64,000 nt of DNA, from assembly GCA_050951325.1 (NCBI GenBank), contig JBMNIW010000008.1, forward strand, positions 96,266-160,265, read 5' to 3'. The stretch comes from Clostridia bacterium (lineage in GTDB: Bacteria; Bacillota; Clostridia; UBA1212; DUPL01). A program made the translations under genes and the position numbers. Each line of letters opens with the position of its first letter. Position 1 is the first letter of the stretch. Positions 20,623 through 29,796 of this stretch are shown here, one piece after another. The notes beneath the pieces are model-generated. The model ran no database searches. It saw nothing but the letters and a program-made list of their open reading frames with translations, and was not told the origin of the DNA.

Positions 20623-22245
20623 ATGTTTGATATTTTCCCCATCAGCTCTTTAGAAAGAGTATTTATGGATCTTCCCTTTGAAGCAAAGCCATTACACAAG
20701 GCAACAATGCTGAAAAACGAATACTATTCTTTTCAGTTTGCCTACAAGCTAAGTCATATGGCACCGGCAACCAATATACCAGTGCAGCTTGAGGTGACCC
20801 ATGATTTTGGAGATTCATTAATTGTAAAGTTTGTGGATTACGTGCCCTGCGATTTGGCTATCTATGATAACGCCACCGAACCGCTGGAACACCCTTGGCC
20901 TGGTCTTTTTCCAGACATATTAAGGCCGATGCCAAAACAATTGTGGGCGTTCAAAAAGAACTACAGAAGCGTATGGATTACAATCAACGGAAAGAATATT
21001 GAAAGTGGTACCTACACCATAACAGCTACTATAAGCAGTGGGGATACCAAAAAGAGCACTTCCTTTGAATTAACGGTTCTGGACAAGGAACTTCCCAGGT
21101 ACGACTTCAAGTGCACAAACTGGTTTTATACGGATTGTCTGTGCAACTACTACAACATCGAGTTCAATTCTGAAGAATACTGGAGGATAACGGAGGAATT
21201 TGCAAAGGAAGCTGCAAGACATGGCGTCAATATGCTCCTTACCCCCATATTCACTCCCCCGCTGGATACCAGAGTGGGTGGTGAAAGAAGAACCATCCAG
21301 CTTGTGGATGTATACAAAAATGGAGACAACTACACCTTCAACTTTGACAAGCTGGCAAGATGGGTGAACATGTGCAAAAGGGCAAATATCGAATATTATG
21401 AAATATCTCACCTTTTCACCCAATGGGGCTGCAAACACGCTCCTAAAATAATGGGATATGATAATGGAGAGTACAAAAAACTATTTGGCTGGGAGACGGA
21501 TGCCCACGGCAGTGAATACAGAAGCTTTTTGTCACAACTTATTCCTGAACTTGTGAAGGTATTAAAAAAACTAGGCATAGCGGACAAATGTTACTTCCAT
21601 GTATCCGACGAGCCGAATCTTTCCATGCTGGAAGACTATAAAAGCAGTGCCATGTTCTTGAAAGAGCAGCTAAAAGGCTTCAAGATGTTTGATGCTCTCA
21701 GTTCCATCGAATTCTATAAAGAAGGACTTGTTACCTGCCCTATTCCGTCATTGGATCATTTGGGGCCGTTTCTTGAAGAAGACATTGAAGAACTCTGGAC
21801 CTATTACTGCTGCGGACAGGTTACCGTGTCAAACAGGTTTCTCGCCTTCCCTTCATCAAGGAACAGATTGCTTGGATTGATACTGTTCAAGTATGACATT
21901 AAGGGGTTTTTGCAGTGGGGACTAAACTTCTACAACTCCTGGCTGTCAATTGAGGAAATCAACCCCTTTACAAACAGCACCGGAGGAGGATGGGTTCCAG
22001 GAGGAGACACTTTCGTTCTCTATCCAAATGATGATGGCAAACCATTGTCATCTATCAGGTTTGAAGTCTTTAGAGAAGCCCTCCAGGATATGCGTGCACT
22101 AAAGGCTTTGTCTGAAAAAAAAGGCAAGGACAAAGTCTTGGAAATAATAAACAATAGTATAAAAGGTAAATTATCGTACAAGACTACGGATATAAAAGCA
22201 GAAGATTTGATTGGAATAAGAGAAAGAGTAAATATGGAGTTGTAA
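20623..22245 (+). CDS. hypothetical protein, possibly DUF4091/glycoside-hydrolase-like
   Basis: 540 aa soluble protein; no cofactor motifs recognised; family guess from overall composition only. Confidence 0.35.
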   Translation: MFDIFPISSLERVFMDLPFEAKPLHKATMLKNEYYSFQFAYKLSHMAPATNIPVQLEVTHDFGDSLIVKFVDYVPCDLAIYDNATEPLEHPWPGLFPDILRPMPKQLWAFKKNYRSVWITINGKNIESGTYTITATISSGDTKKSTSFELTVLDKELPRYDFKCTNWFYTDCLCNYYNIEFNSEEYWRITEEFAKEAARHGVNMLLTPIFTPPLDTRVGGERRTIQLVDVYKNGDNYTFNFDKLARWVNMCKRANIEYYEISHLFTQWGCKHAPKIMGYDNGEYKKLFGWETDAHGSEYRSFLSQLIPELVKVLKKLGIADKCYFHVSDEPNLSMLEDYKSSAMFLKEQLKGFKMFDALSSIEFYKEGLVTCPIPSLDHLGPFLEEDIEELWTYYCCGQVTVSNRFLAFPSSRNRLLGLILFKYDIKGFLQWGLNFYNSWLSIEEINPFTNSTGGGWVPGGDTFVLYPNDDGKPLSSIRFEVFREALQDMRALKALSEKKGKDKVLEIINNSIKGKLSYKTTDIKAEDLIGIRERVNMEL

Positions 22246-23963
22246 TGAGAAGGATATTTTCATTTTTGAAACCGTACAAAAAACAGCTTGTAGTTGGTCC
22301 TTCATTCAAGCTATTGGAAGCAATTCTTGAACTTTTGATTCCAACCCTTATGGTTAGTATTGTAGATATAGGAGTTCAAAACAAGGACACAAGCTACATA
22401 TTGAAAATGGGAGGCCTCATGCTGGGAATTGCAGCAGTAGGCCTTTTAAGTGCGCTCATTTGTCAGTATTCCGCTTCCATAGCCTCCCAGGGCTTTGGAA
22501 CGGATGTAAGAAATGCCCTGTTCAAACATATCATGTCCCTTTCATCCAAGGAACTTGATGAAATTGGGACAACAGGATACACAACAAGACTGACAAACGA
22601 CATTAACACTTTGCAGCTTGCAGTAGCAATGCTGATAAGGCTGGTAATTAGAGCGCCCTTCATATCACTAGGAAGCATTGTCATGGCATTGTACATAAAT
22701 GCCAGACTCTCAATCATTATAATTCTTACCCTGCCCATACTTGTAACTATTGTCTACTTCATTATGAAAAAGACAATACCCCTGTACAAAAAGGTGATGG
22801 CGACGCTTGATTCACTGACACTAGTAGTCAAGGAAAACCTGCAAGGTGTAAGAGTGATAAGGGCTTTTGCAAGAAGGGACAGGGAGAAAAAACGCTTTGA
22901 CAACCTTAACACGGATTTTGCAAACATGTCGGTCAAGGCAGGAAGAATCTCTACCCTTTTAAATCCTGCCACCACCCTGATTATGAATATTGCAATAATA
23001 CTTATCCTCTATTTCTCCGGCATCAGCATAAAACTGGGGAACATGACTCAGGGTGAAATAATTGCATTCATCAACTACATCTCTTACATGGTAACAGCTC
23101 TTTTGGTTACTGCAAACCTTGTCATCCTCTTTACAAGAGCTTACACATCAGCTCAGAGGGTAAGTGAGGTGTTCGAGCAAAGCTCTTCAATAACCGATGG
23201 AGGAACCAAGGAAATTGACAAGGATGCAGAATATGCAGTGGAGTTCGATGATGTATTCTTCGCCTACAATGAAGGATTTTATGTCCTTACAGACATATCC
23301 TTCAAACTAAAACGAGGAGAAAGCCTTGGCATTATTGGCGGTACGGGAAGCGGAAAAACCACCCTCATAAACCTAATGATGCGCATGTACGATGCGGATA
23401 AAGGAAGCATAAGAATATTAGGTAAAGACATTAAAAGCTATAATATTGATGCACTTAGAAAGTCGGTTGCGCTTGTTGCCCAAAAATCCGTCATATTCAG
23501 CGGAACCATAGAGGAGAATATACGCCAGGGAAACATGGATGCAACCATGGAGGATATACATGAAGCTGCAAAAAATGCTGAAGCTCTTGAGTTCATTATG
23601 AAGAAAGACGACAAGTTCAGCCATGAGATTGAAAGAGGCGGAACCAACCTGTCAGGTGGCCAGAAACAAAGACTCAGTATTGCAAGAGCTCTGGCCAGAA
23701 AGCCAGAAATATTGATTCTGGATGACAGTTTGAGTGCTCTTGACTATTTGACGGATTCAAGAGTCAGAGAGAATCTTTCAAAATATGACATGACCAAGAT
23801 AATCGTTTCACAGAGAATAAACAGTGTCAAAAATTGCAACAACATTCTGGTGCTTGAAAAAGGCAGGGTCATTGGTTTTGGAGAGCATTCAACCCTGATG
23901 GAGGAATGTGAGGTTTATCAGGAGCTTTGCAGAACGCAACTGGGTGGTGATATGGATGATTAA
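22245..23963 (+). CDS. ABC transporter permease/ATPase (type I exporter half-transporter)
   Basis: 6-TM domain then NBD with Walker A GGTGSGKTT, signature LSGGQKQRLSIARAL, Walker B ILILDD. Confidence 0.85.
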   Translation: MRRIFSFLKPYKKQLVVGPSFKLLEAILELLIPTLMVSIVDIGVQNKDTSYILKMGGLMLGIAAVGLLSALICQYSASIASQGFGTDVRNALFKHIMSLSSKELDEIGTTGYTTRLTNDINTLQLAVAMLIRLVIRAPFISLGSIVMALYINARLSIIIILTLPILVTIVYFIMKKTIPLYKKVMATLDSLTLVVKENLQGVRVIRAFARRDREKKRFDNLNTDFANMSVKAGRISTLLNPATTLIMNIAIILILYFSGISIKLGNMTQGEIIAFINYISYMVTALLVTANLVILFTRAYTSAQRVSEVFEQSSSITDGGTKEIDKDAEYAVEFDDVFFAYNEGFYVLTDISFKLKRGESLGIIGGTGSGKTTLINLMMRMYDADKGSIRILGKDIKSYNIDALRKSVALVAQKSVIFSGTIEENIRQGNMDATMEDIHEAAKNAEALEFIMKKDDKFSHEIERGGTNLSGGQKQRLSIARALARKPEILILDDSLSALDYLTDSRVRENLSKYDMTKIIVSQRINSVKNCNNILVLEKGRVIGFGEHSTLMEECEVYQELCRTQLGGDMDD

Positions 23964-25674
23964 AAGAGTATGGAATTACTTGTCAAGATACAAAGGAATG
24001 CTTTTCCTTACCTTTGCATGCTCGCTTCTAGGCAGTATTCTTGCCCTTATTGCACCAAGGATCATAGGAAAAGCCATCGACTCTGTAGCCGGAGAACAAA
24101 GAATAAACCTGGATGCGCTTGGTAAGCACATAGGCACCCTCCTCCTACTCTATTTATCCTCCTTCATACTAAATCGTTATGCTCCCTTGCTTGCAAACAA
24201 GGTGGCAAACTTCACGGCAAGAGATATTCGCAAGGATGCTTTTGAAAAGCTCCATAACCTGCCGGTAAAATACTTTGACACGCACAAGCATGGAGATATA
24301 ATCAGCATTTTGTCAGTGGACATTGAAAATATGACAGAAGGACTATTGGGTCTTTTAACGCAAATGCTTACAGGCATAATTACCGTCATCGGGACTTTGG
24401 TATTTTTAGCAATAATGAGCCCTTTTGTAGCCTTTGCAGTACTTTTGATTACTCCACTTTCCATAATAATTGCCAAGTTCATAACCTCCAGATCCTCTGA
24501 AATGTTCAAACAGCAGCAGAATATTATAGGAGAACTGGGAGGTCTTGCTGAAGAATCCATAAGCGGCATGTCTGTAATCAAGACTTACCTATTGGAAGAC
24601 ACCCAATATGAGAGGTTTAAAGAAATAAACGCAAGACTATACAAGGCAGGACAAAAGGCTCAGTTTTACTCCTCCCTTGTTAACCCAACCACCAGGTTTG
24701 TAAACCACATCTCATATATTGCTGTTGGGGTTTCTGGCGGATGGCTTGCAATCAACGGTGTCATAAGTGTTGGTCAAATTGCTGCAATGCTCAGCTATGC
24801 AACACAGTTTGCAAAACCAATAAATGAGATAACAGGGGTGACCACCCAAATGCAGAACGCAATAGCTTCCCTGAGGCGTGTGTTCACGTTGATAGATGCC
24901 GAGCCTGAAAAAGAGGATGTAAGCAATATGCTTGAAGTAAAAGATGGAACGGTTTCCTTTGAGAAGGTTTCCTTCTCCTATGATTCCAGTGTTCCCTTGA
25001 TTAAGGATTTAAGCATTGATGTCTCAAAAAACAATGTCATAGCAATAGTTGGACCTACAGGTGCAGGCAAAAGCACTCTGGTTAATCTATTAATGCGTTT
25101 TTACGATATAGATGATGGAAGAATAACCATTGACGATACGGACATTTTCGATGTAACAAGAGACAGCCTGAGAAAGTCCTTTGCCATGGTTATGCAGGAT
25201 GTCTGGATTTTCAAAGGCACGGTCTTTGATAACATTGCCTTCGGAAAATCTGACGCTACAATGGAAGAAGTGGTGGAAGCAGCTAAAAATGCCCACATTC
25301 ATTCTTTCATTGAAACACTACCTAAAGGTTATGACACCGTGATTACGCAGGAAGATTTGTCCGTTGGACAGCTTCAGCTCCTTACCATAGCACGTGCAAT
25401 GCTTGTGAATCCGCCAATGCTTATTCTAGATGAAGCGACAAGCAGCGTCGACACAAGAACCGAGCAGTACATTACACGCACTTTTAACAGAATGATGCAA
25501 GGTAGAACATCTTTTGTAATTGCCCACCGGCTTTCAACCATAAAGGATGCGGACATAATTTTGGTAATGAAGGACGGAAGCATTGTTGAAAAAGGAAATC
25601 ATGTTGAATTAATGAAGATGAAAGGCATGTACTATGACCTGTACAAAAAATCTTTGACAAATATATCGAACTAG
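23956..25674 (+). CDS. ABC transporter permease/ATPase (heterodimer partner)
   Basis: Walker A GPTGAGKST, signature LSVGQLQLLTIARAM, Walker B ILDEATS; start ATG 23956 overlaps previous stop (ATGA). Confidence 0.85.
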   Translation: MIKRVWNYLSRYKGMLFLTFACSLLGSILALIAPRIIGKAIDSVAGEQRINLDALGKHIGTLLLLYLSSFILNRYAPLLANKVANFTARDIRKDAFEKLHNLPVKYFDTHKHGDIISILSVDIENMTEGLLGLLTQMLTGIITVIGTLVFLAIMSPFVAFAVLLITPLSIIIAKFITSRSSEMFKQQQNIIGELGGLAEESISGMSVIKTYLLEDTQYERFKEINARLYKAGQKAQFYSSLVNPTTRFVNHISYIAVGVSGGWLAINGVISVGQIAAMLSYATQFAKPINEITGVTTQMQNAIASLRRVFTLIDAEPEKEDVSNMLEVKDGTVSFEKVSFSYDSSVPLIKDLSIDVSKNNVIAIVGPTGAGKSTLVNLLMRFYDIDDGRITIDDTDIFDVTRDSLRKSFAMVMQDVWIFKGTVFDNIAFGKSDATMEEVVEAAKNAHIHSFIETLPKGYDTVITQEDLSVGQLQLLTIARAMLVNPPMLILDEATSSVDTRTEQYITRTFNRMMQGRTSFVIAHRLSTIKDADIILVMKDGSIVEKGNHVELMKMKGMYYDLYKKSLTNISN

Positions 25675-25717
25675 TTAATAATATTAATATAACGAGGGTC
25701 ATGAAAGGTGGAGAACA

Positions 25718-26662
25718 ATGAAGAAATTTTTATTCGAACCGTTAAGAACAGTTAGACGCAGCTTGATACTTGATACTGATATCGGACCGGATTGTGATGA
25801 TGTGGGAGCATTGGCTGTCATGTACTATCTTGCTAAGAGACATAACACAAAAGTGCTTGGTGTAATGTCCTGTTCATCCAGCGAATACGCTCCTGGATGT
25901 ATTGATGCTATCAACTCTTACTGCGGTTTTCCCGATATCCCCATTGGAACATACAAAAAACCCGGATTGTTCGAAGATTACACAAAGTATAACAAATTCA
26001 TCGCAGAGAATTTCTCAGAAGCGTATAAAAACGGGACCCTTCAAGTCGAAGATGCGGTTCAACTGTACAGAAGATTGCTCGCCAACAGTCCAAACAACAG
26101 CGTGATTATAGTTACAATAGGAACACTTAACAATATCGCAGAACTGATGGACAGCCCTCCTGATGCAATAAGTCCGTTTAGCGGCATTGAACTTATTCAA
26201 AACAAAGTATACAGCATGGTATCCATGGCAGGTAAATATCCAAACGGACCTGAGTTTAATATTGTACAGCATCCTGAAAGTGCAAAAAGGGTTTTTGAAA
26301 ACTTCCCCGTTCCTGTAGTATACTCAGACTTTGATTTGGGATACACGGTCAAGACAGGATTCAAGAACATAGATGAGGACAAATACAAGGACAACCCTAT
26401 TTATCTATCGTACAAGCTGTACACTGATGAAACCCTTGAAAACTCAAGTTATGATCTGACCGCAGTTCATTTTGCCTTCGAAGGTGAAGGAGACTACTAC
26501 AATCTGTCAGGACCGGTCAGATTGACTGTCGATCTGGAAGCAAGCGGTTCCAACACCTTTGAAGAGGATGGAATCGAGGATTCCAACCAGTATCTGATGC
26601 GTAAAAAGCGTACGGATATTGAACTATCCCACTATTTGAACAACATACTTCTTTCCTTCTAG
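25718..26662 (+). CDS. nucleoside hydrolase-like protein (IU-NH fold)
   Basis: N-terminal LILDTDIGPDCDDVGALAV resembles the DxDxxxDD calcium/ribose-binding fingerprint of inosine-uridine nucleoside hydrolases. Confidence 0.5.
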   Translation: MKKFLFEPLRTVRRSLILDTDIGPDCDDVGALAVMYYLAKRHNTKVLGVMSCSSSEYAPGCIDAINSYCGFPDIPIGTYKKPGLFEDYTKYNKFIAENFSEAYKNGTLQVEDAVQLYRRLLANSPNNSVIIVTIGTLNNIAELMDSPPDAISPFSGIELIQNKVYSMVSMAGKYPNGPEFNIVQHPESAKRVFENFPVPVVYSDFDLGYTVKTGFKNIDEDKYKDNPIYLSYKLYTDETLENSSYDLTAVHFAFEGEGDYYNLSGPVRLTVDLEASGSNTFEEDGIEDSNQYLMRKKRTDIELSHYLNNILLSF

Positions 26663-26735
26663 AATTCCTAAATAGAACCTCCTTTGATTTTTTGGCATAG
26701 AATAAAGTAATGCCTCAAGAATTAAAGGGGGTTCT

Positions 26736-28034
26736 ATGATTATACTCAGACAAGGCCAAAGAGGTCCGCAAGTTGAAATGCTGCAACTTGCACTAAACCG
26801 CGCGGGGTTCAACGCAGGACCCATAGATGGTGTATTCGGACCGAACACTCTGAATGCAGTCTTGCGTTTTCAATCAAGCCGTTCCCTTACCCAAGATGGC
26901 ATAGTAGGACCAGCCACTTGGAACGCCCTACGACCCTATCTTGTAGGTTACACAACCTATAGAATAAGAGCTGGAGACACTCTATTTCGAATTTCCACCA
27001 GCAGAAACATTCCCCTTCAAACAATACTGATTGCTAATCCCAATGTCAGTCCCGCAAACCTGATAGTAGGATCTGAACTCATACTCCCCTTCCCCTTTGA
27101 CATAGTCGCTGATAACGTCACCCTAACATACGAACTGATGGAGCTGTACATAGAAGGAATTGTAACAAGGTATCCATTTGTAAGGAGCGGAATTCTTTCA
27201 ACAAGCTCCTCAGGTACAAGGAATATATATAACCTTGTAATTGGTACTGGCAGCAATCAGGTAATGTACAATGCCACTCACCATGCAAACGAGTGGATTA
27301 CTTCCCTTCTTCTCATGAAATTTATTGAACAATACGCAAAAGCCTATGCCCATGGCTACAACATTGCAGCAGGCACTCCTGCTGAAACACCGGCTGATTT
27401 ATTGTACGACTATTCTACAATTCATTTTGTACCCATGGTGAATCCGGATGGTGCGGATTTGGTCACAGGAGGAATCCTTCCAAACACCGAACTTTACAAT
27501 ATTGCACGAAGCATTAGTCAAAACTATCCCAACATCCCATTCCCATCAGGATGGAAAGCCAACATCTATGGAGTCGACCCAAATCTTCAATATCCTGCAG
27601 GATGGACTGAAGCCAGAAGAATAAAGTTTGCACAAGGATTTACCTCTCCTGCCCCCAGAGACTTTGTAGGCTACGGGCCGTTAACAATAAACGAAAGCAT
27701 TGCAATGGCAAACTACACAAGTGCAAACGATTTCAGGCTGACTCTTTCCTACCACACCCAAGGCAGGGTTATTTTCTGGAAGTACCTTGACTACAATCCT
27801 CCAAATTCTGAGCAAATTGGCAGACTCTTTGCAAATTTAAGTGGTTACGCTCTTGAAATAACTCCTTATGAGTCAGGGCATGCAGGCTACAAGGACTGGT
27901 TCATACAAGATTTTAACAGACCCTCCTATACTATTGAAGCAGGTCTGGGAACAAGTCCCCTTCCTCTAAGTCAATTCCCAACAATCTACAACGAAAACAG
28001 AGGCATACTTGTAATGGCAGCCTTGGTTACATAA
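26736..28034 (+). CDS. cell-wall peptidase: PG-binding domain + LysM + M14 zinc carboxypeptidase (gamma-D-Glu-meso-DAP endopeptidase-like)
   Basis: PG_binding_1-like GQRGPQVEMLQLALNRAGF…DGVFGPNTLNAV; LysM YRIRAGDTLFRIS…; M14 motifs HANEW, later His/Glu zinc ligands. Confidence 0.75.
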   Translation: MIILRQGQRGPQVEMLQLALNRAGFNAGPIDGVFGPNTLNAVLRFQSSRSLTQDGIVGPATWNALRPYLVGYTTYRIRAGDTLFRISTSRNIPLQTILIANPNVSPANLIVGSELILPFPFDIVADNVTLTYELMELYIEGIVTRYPFVRSGILSTSSSGTRNIYNLVIGTGSNQVMYNATHHANEWITSLLLMKFIEQYAKAYAHGYNIAAGTPAETPADLLYDYSTIHFVPMVNPDGADLVTGGILPNTELYNIARSISQNYPNIPFPSGWKANIYGVDPNLQYPAGWTEARRIKFAQGFTSPAPRDFVGYGPLTINESIAMANYTSANDFRLTLSYHTQGRVIFWKYLDYNPPNSEQIGRLFANLSGYALEITPYESGHAGYKDWFIQDFNRPSYTIEAGLGTSPLPLSQFPTIYNENRGILVMAALVT

Positions 28035-28043
28035 TGTAATAAA

Positions 28044-28071
28044 GGAGCCCGTTTCACAGGCTCCTTTGTTT
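28044..28071 (+). terminator. intrinsic terminator
   Basis: GGAGCC-cgtttcaca-GGCTCC then TTTGTTT. Confidence 0.65.
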
Positions 28072-28206
28072 CGTCCCTTAAAAGACGATATGACTTCTCT
28101 TCCAACCTGACAACAGTTTCCCAAACCGTTTCATTTTCCTCCAGTAGTGCCACCGCCGAAGCGCAAACATGTTGTCATGCATGGGCTGCACTCTCATGAA
28201 ATACAC

Positions 28207-28235
28207 TTGATATTTGCAGTTTGATTTGTTATATT
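28207..28235 (+). promoter_or_regulatory. candidate sigma-A promoter (TTGATA-17-TATATT) for GNAT/DUF4180 genes
   Basis: Hexamers with 17-nt spacer ~50 nt upstream of ATG 28285. Confidence 0.4.
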
Positions 28236-28284
28236 AGAACCCATTCATATAATGAAGATGTGCAATAATATAAGGTGATGAGTT

Positions 28285-28845
28285 ATGGATTATGCAAGCA
28301 TTTTGGAGGAAAACTCCATACTGGAGTCAGACAGGCTTATACTAAGACCATTTACAATTCAAGATGTACCTGATGTATATCTTTTTGCAAGAGACGAGGT
28401 TGTGACAAGATACCTGACCTGGCCTCCTCATAAAGACATGTCAGTAACAGAAAAGATGGTCAGGGAAATATACATGAGCAGAAGCGGCATATATGCAATT
28501 GTACTTAAATCAGAGAACAAGTGCATTGGATGCATTGATATACGTCTGGTTCCTGAACACGAAAAAGCAACTTTTGGATATTGTCTCAACAGAGACTACT
28601 GGAATAGAGGTTGCGCAACAGAAGCGCTGGCACTTATACTCGAACTTGCTTTTGCAAAATTAAAATTGAATCGTGTAGAATCCACACACTATGCAGGAAA
28701 TGAAACTTCCGGACGTGTTATGCAAAAATGTGGTATGATATATGAAGGAACAGGTGTTAAAGAGGTTAAAATAAAGGGTGTTTTTCATGATGTAGTTCAT
28801 TATGCAATTTTAAAAGATGATTGGATAAGAAGCAAAAATAGATAA
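28285..28845 (+). CDS. GNAT-family N-acetyltransferase (RimJ/RimL-like)
   Basis: 186 aa; acetyl-CoA binding motif region and C-terminal GNETSGRVMQKCGMIYEG typical of RimJ-like GNATs. Confidence 0.75.
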   Translation: MDYASILEENSILESDRLILRPFTIQDVPDVYLFARDEVVTRYLTWPPHKDMSVTEKMVREIYMSRSGIYAIVLKSENKCIGCIDIRLVPEHEKATFGYCLNRDYWNRGCATEALALILELAFAKLKLNRVESTHYAGNETSGRVMQKCGMIYEGTGVKEVKIKGVFHDVVHYAILKDDWIRSKNR

Positions 28846-28879
28846 TTTTATTGACTTTTTCAGCTATGGAGGTAAACTA

Positions 28880-29245
28880 ATGAAAACAGAAGTAATTAAC
28901 AAAAATAATGTAGATATTGCAGTTATAAATAGCGAGGATATACTAATCAAGGATTTGCAATCCGCCCTTGACCTTATAGCCACCGTAGGGTTTGAAACAG
29001 GCTGCTCAAGGATAGTTATAAACAAGTCTACCATATGTGAAGAATTCTTTGATTTAAAAACAAGACTTGCTGGCGAAGTATTACAAAAATTCATAAATTA
29101 CAATATAAAACTAGCAATTGTTGGCGACTTTTCTGTATACTCAAGCAAAAGCCTAAGAGACTTCATCTACGAGAGCAATAAAGGCAAAGACATATTCTTC
29201 TTGCCTACCGAACATGAAGCTGTGGACAAGCTAAGTCAAATTTAA
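28880..29245 (+). CDS. DUF4180-family small protein
   Basis: 121 aa; MKTEVINKNNVDIAVINSEDILIKDLQSALDLIATV… matches my memory of DUF4180 proteins that accompany GNAT genes. Confidence 0.45.
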   Translation: MKTEVINKNNVDIAVINSEDILIKDLQSALDLIATVGFETGCSRIVINKSTICEEFFDLKTRLAGEVLQKFINYNIKLAIVGDFSVYSSKSLRDFIYESNKGKDIFFLPTEHEAVDKLSQI

Positions 29246-29276
29246 AGGTATGTCCAAGGAAAGCAGTAGAATGGAA

Positions 29277-29774
29277 TCAAAGTTTTTTTCCCAGAATGAC
29301 CAGGTCTCTTCTAACTCCATCAAGAATGGCTATACCAGGCAGAAAACCCCACCTATCAAAACCCAGTCTGGTAAACAGCCGAATGCTCTGTTCGTTGTGT
29401 CCGAAGATAAATCCAAGAACAGTATCTATTCCGAGTCCTGGGCACTCATCCAAAACTTTTTGCAATACCTTTTTACCTATTCCCTGCCCTCTGAAGTTTT
29501 CATGAAGATAAATGCTAATCTCAGCAGTTGCGTTGTATGCCGGCCTTCCATAAAAGGGTTGAAGACTTACCCATCCGCACATTTCACCATCAATCTCAAC
29601 AACCCACAGCGGTCTTTTTTCAGAATTATGTGCATAAAACCAGTCAAGTTTATCTTCGACTGTCACAAATTCAGTATCAGCAGTTACCATTCTGCCTGGA
29701 ATGGTTGAGTTGTATATATCGACTATGTCAGGCAAATCTTCAATTTTTGCTTGCCTTAATGTCATGACTTGCAA
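29277..29774 (-). CDS. GNAT-family N-acyltransferase (phosphinothricin/YncA-like)
   Basis: 165 aa; RGQGIGKKVL motif (Q/RxxGxG/A acetyl-CoA pyrophosphate loop). Confidence 0.75.
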   Translation of the reverse strand: MQVMTLRQAKIEDLPDIVDIYNSTIPGRMVTADTEFVTVEDKLDWFYAHNSEKRPLWVVEIDGEMCGWVSLQPFYGRPAYNATAEISIYLHENFRGQGIGKKVLQKVLDECPGLGIDTVLGFIFGHNEQSIRLFTRLGFDRWGFLPGIAILDGVRRDLVILGKKL

Positions 29775-29796
29775 TTCTCCTTTCAGATAAAACCAC

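Noticed and set aside
24177-24581. Antisense ORF in ABC transporter gene
   Set aside because: Shadow ORF, no start context.
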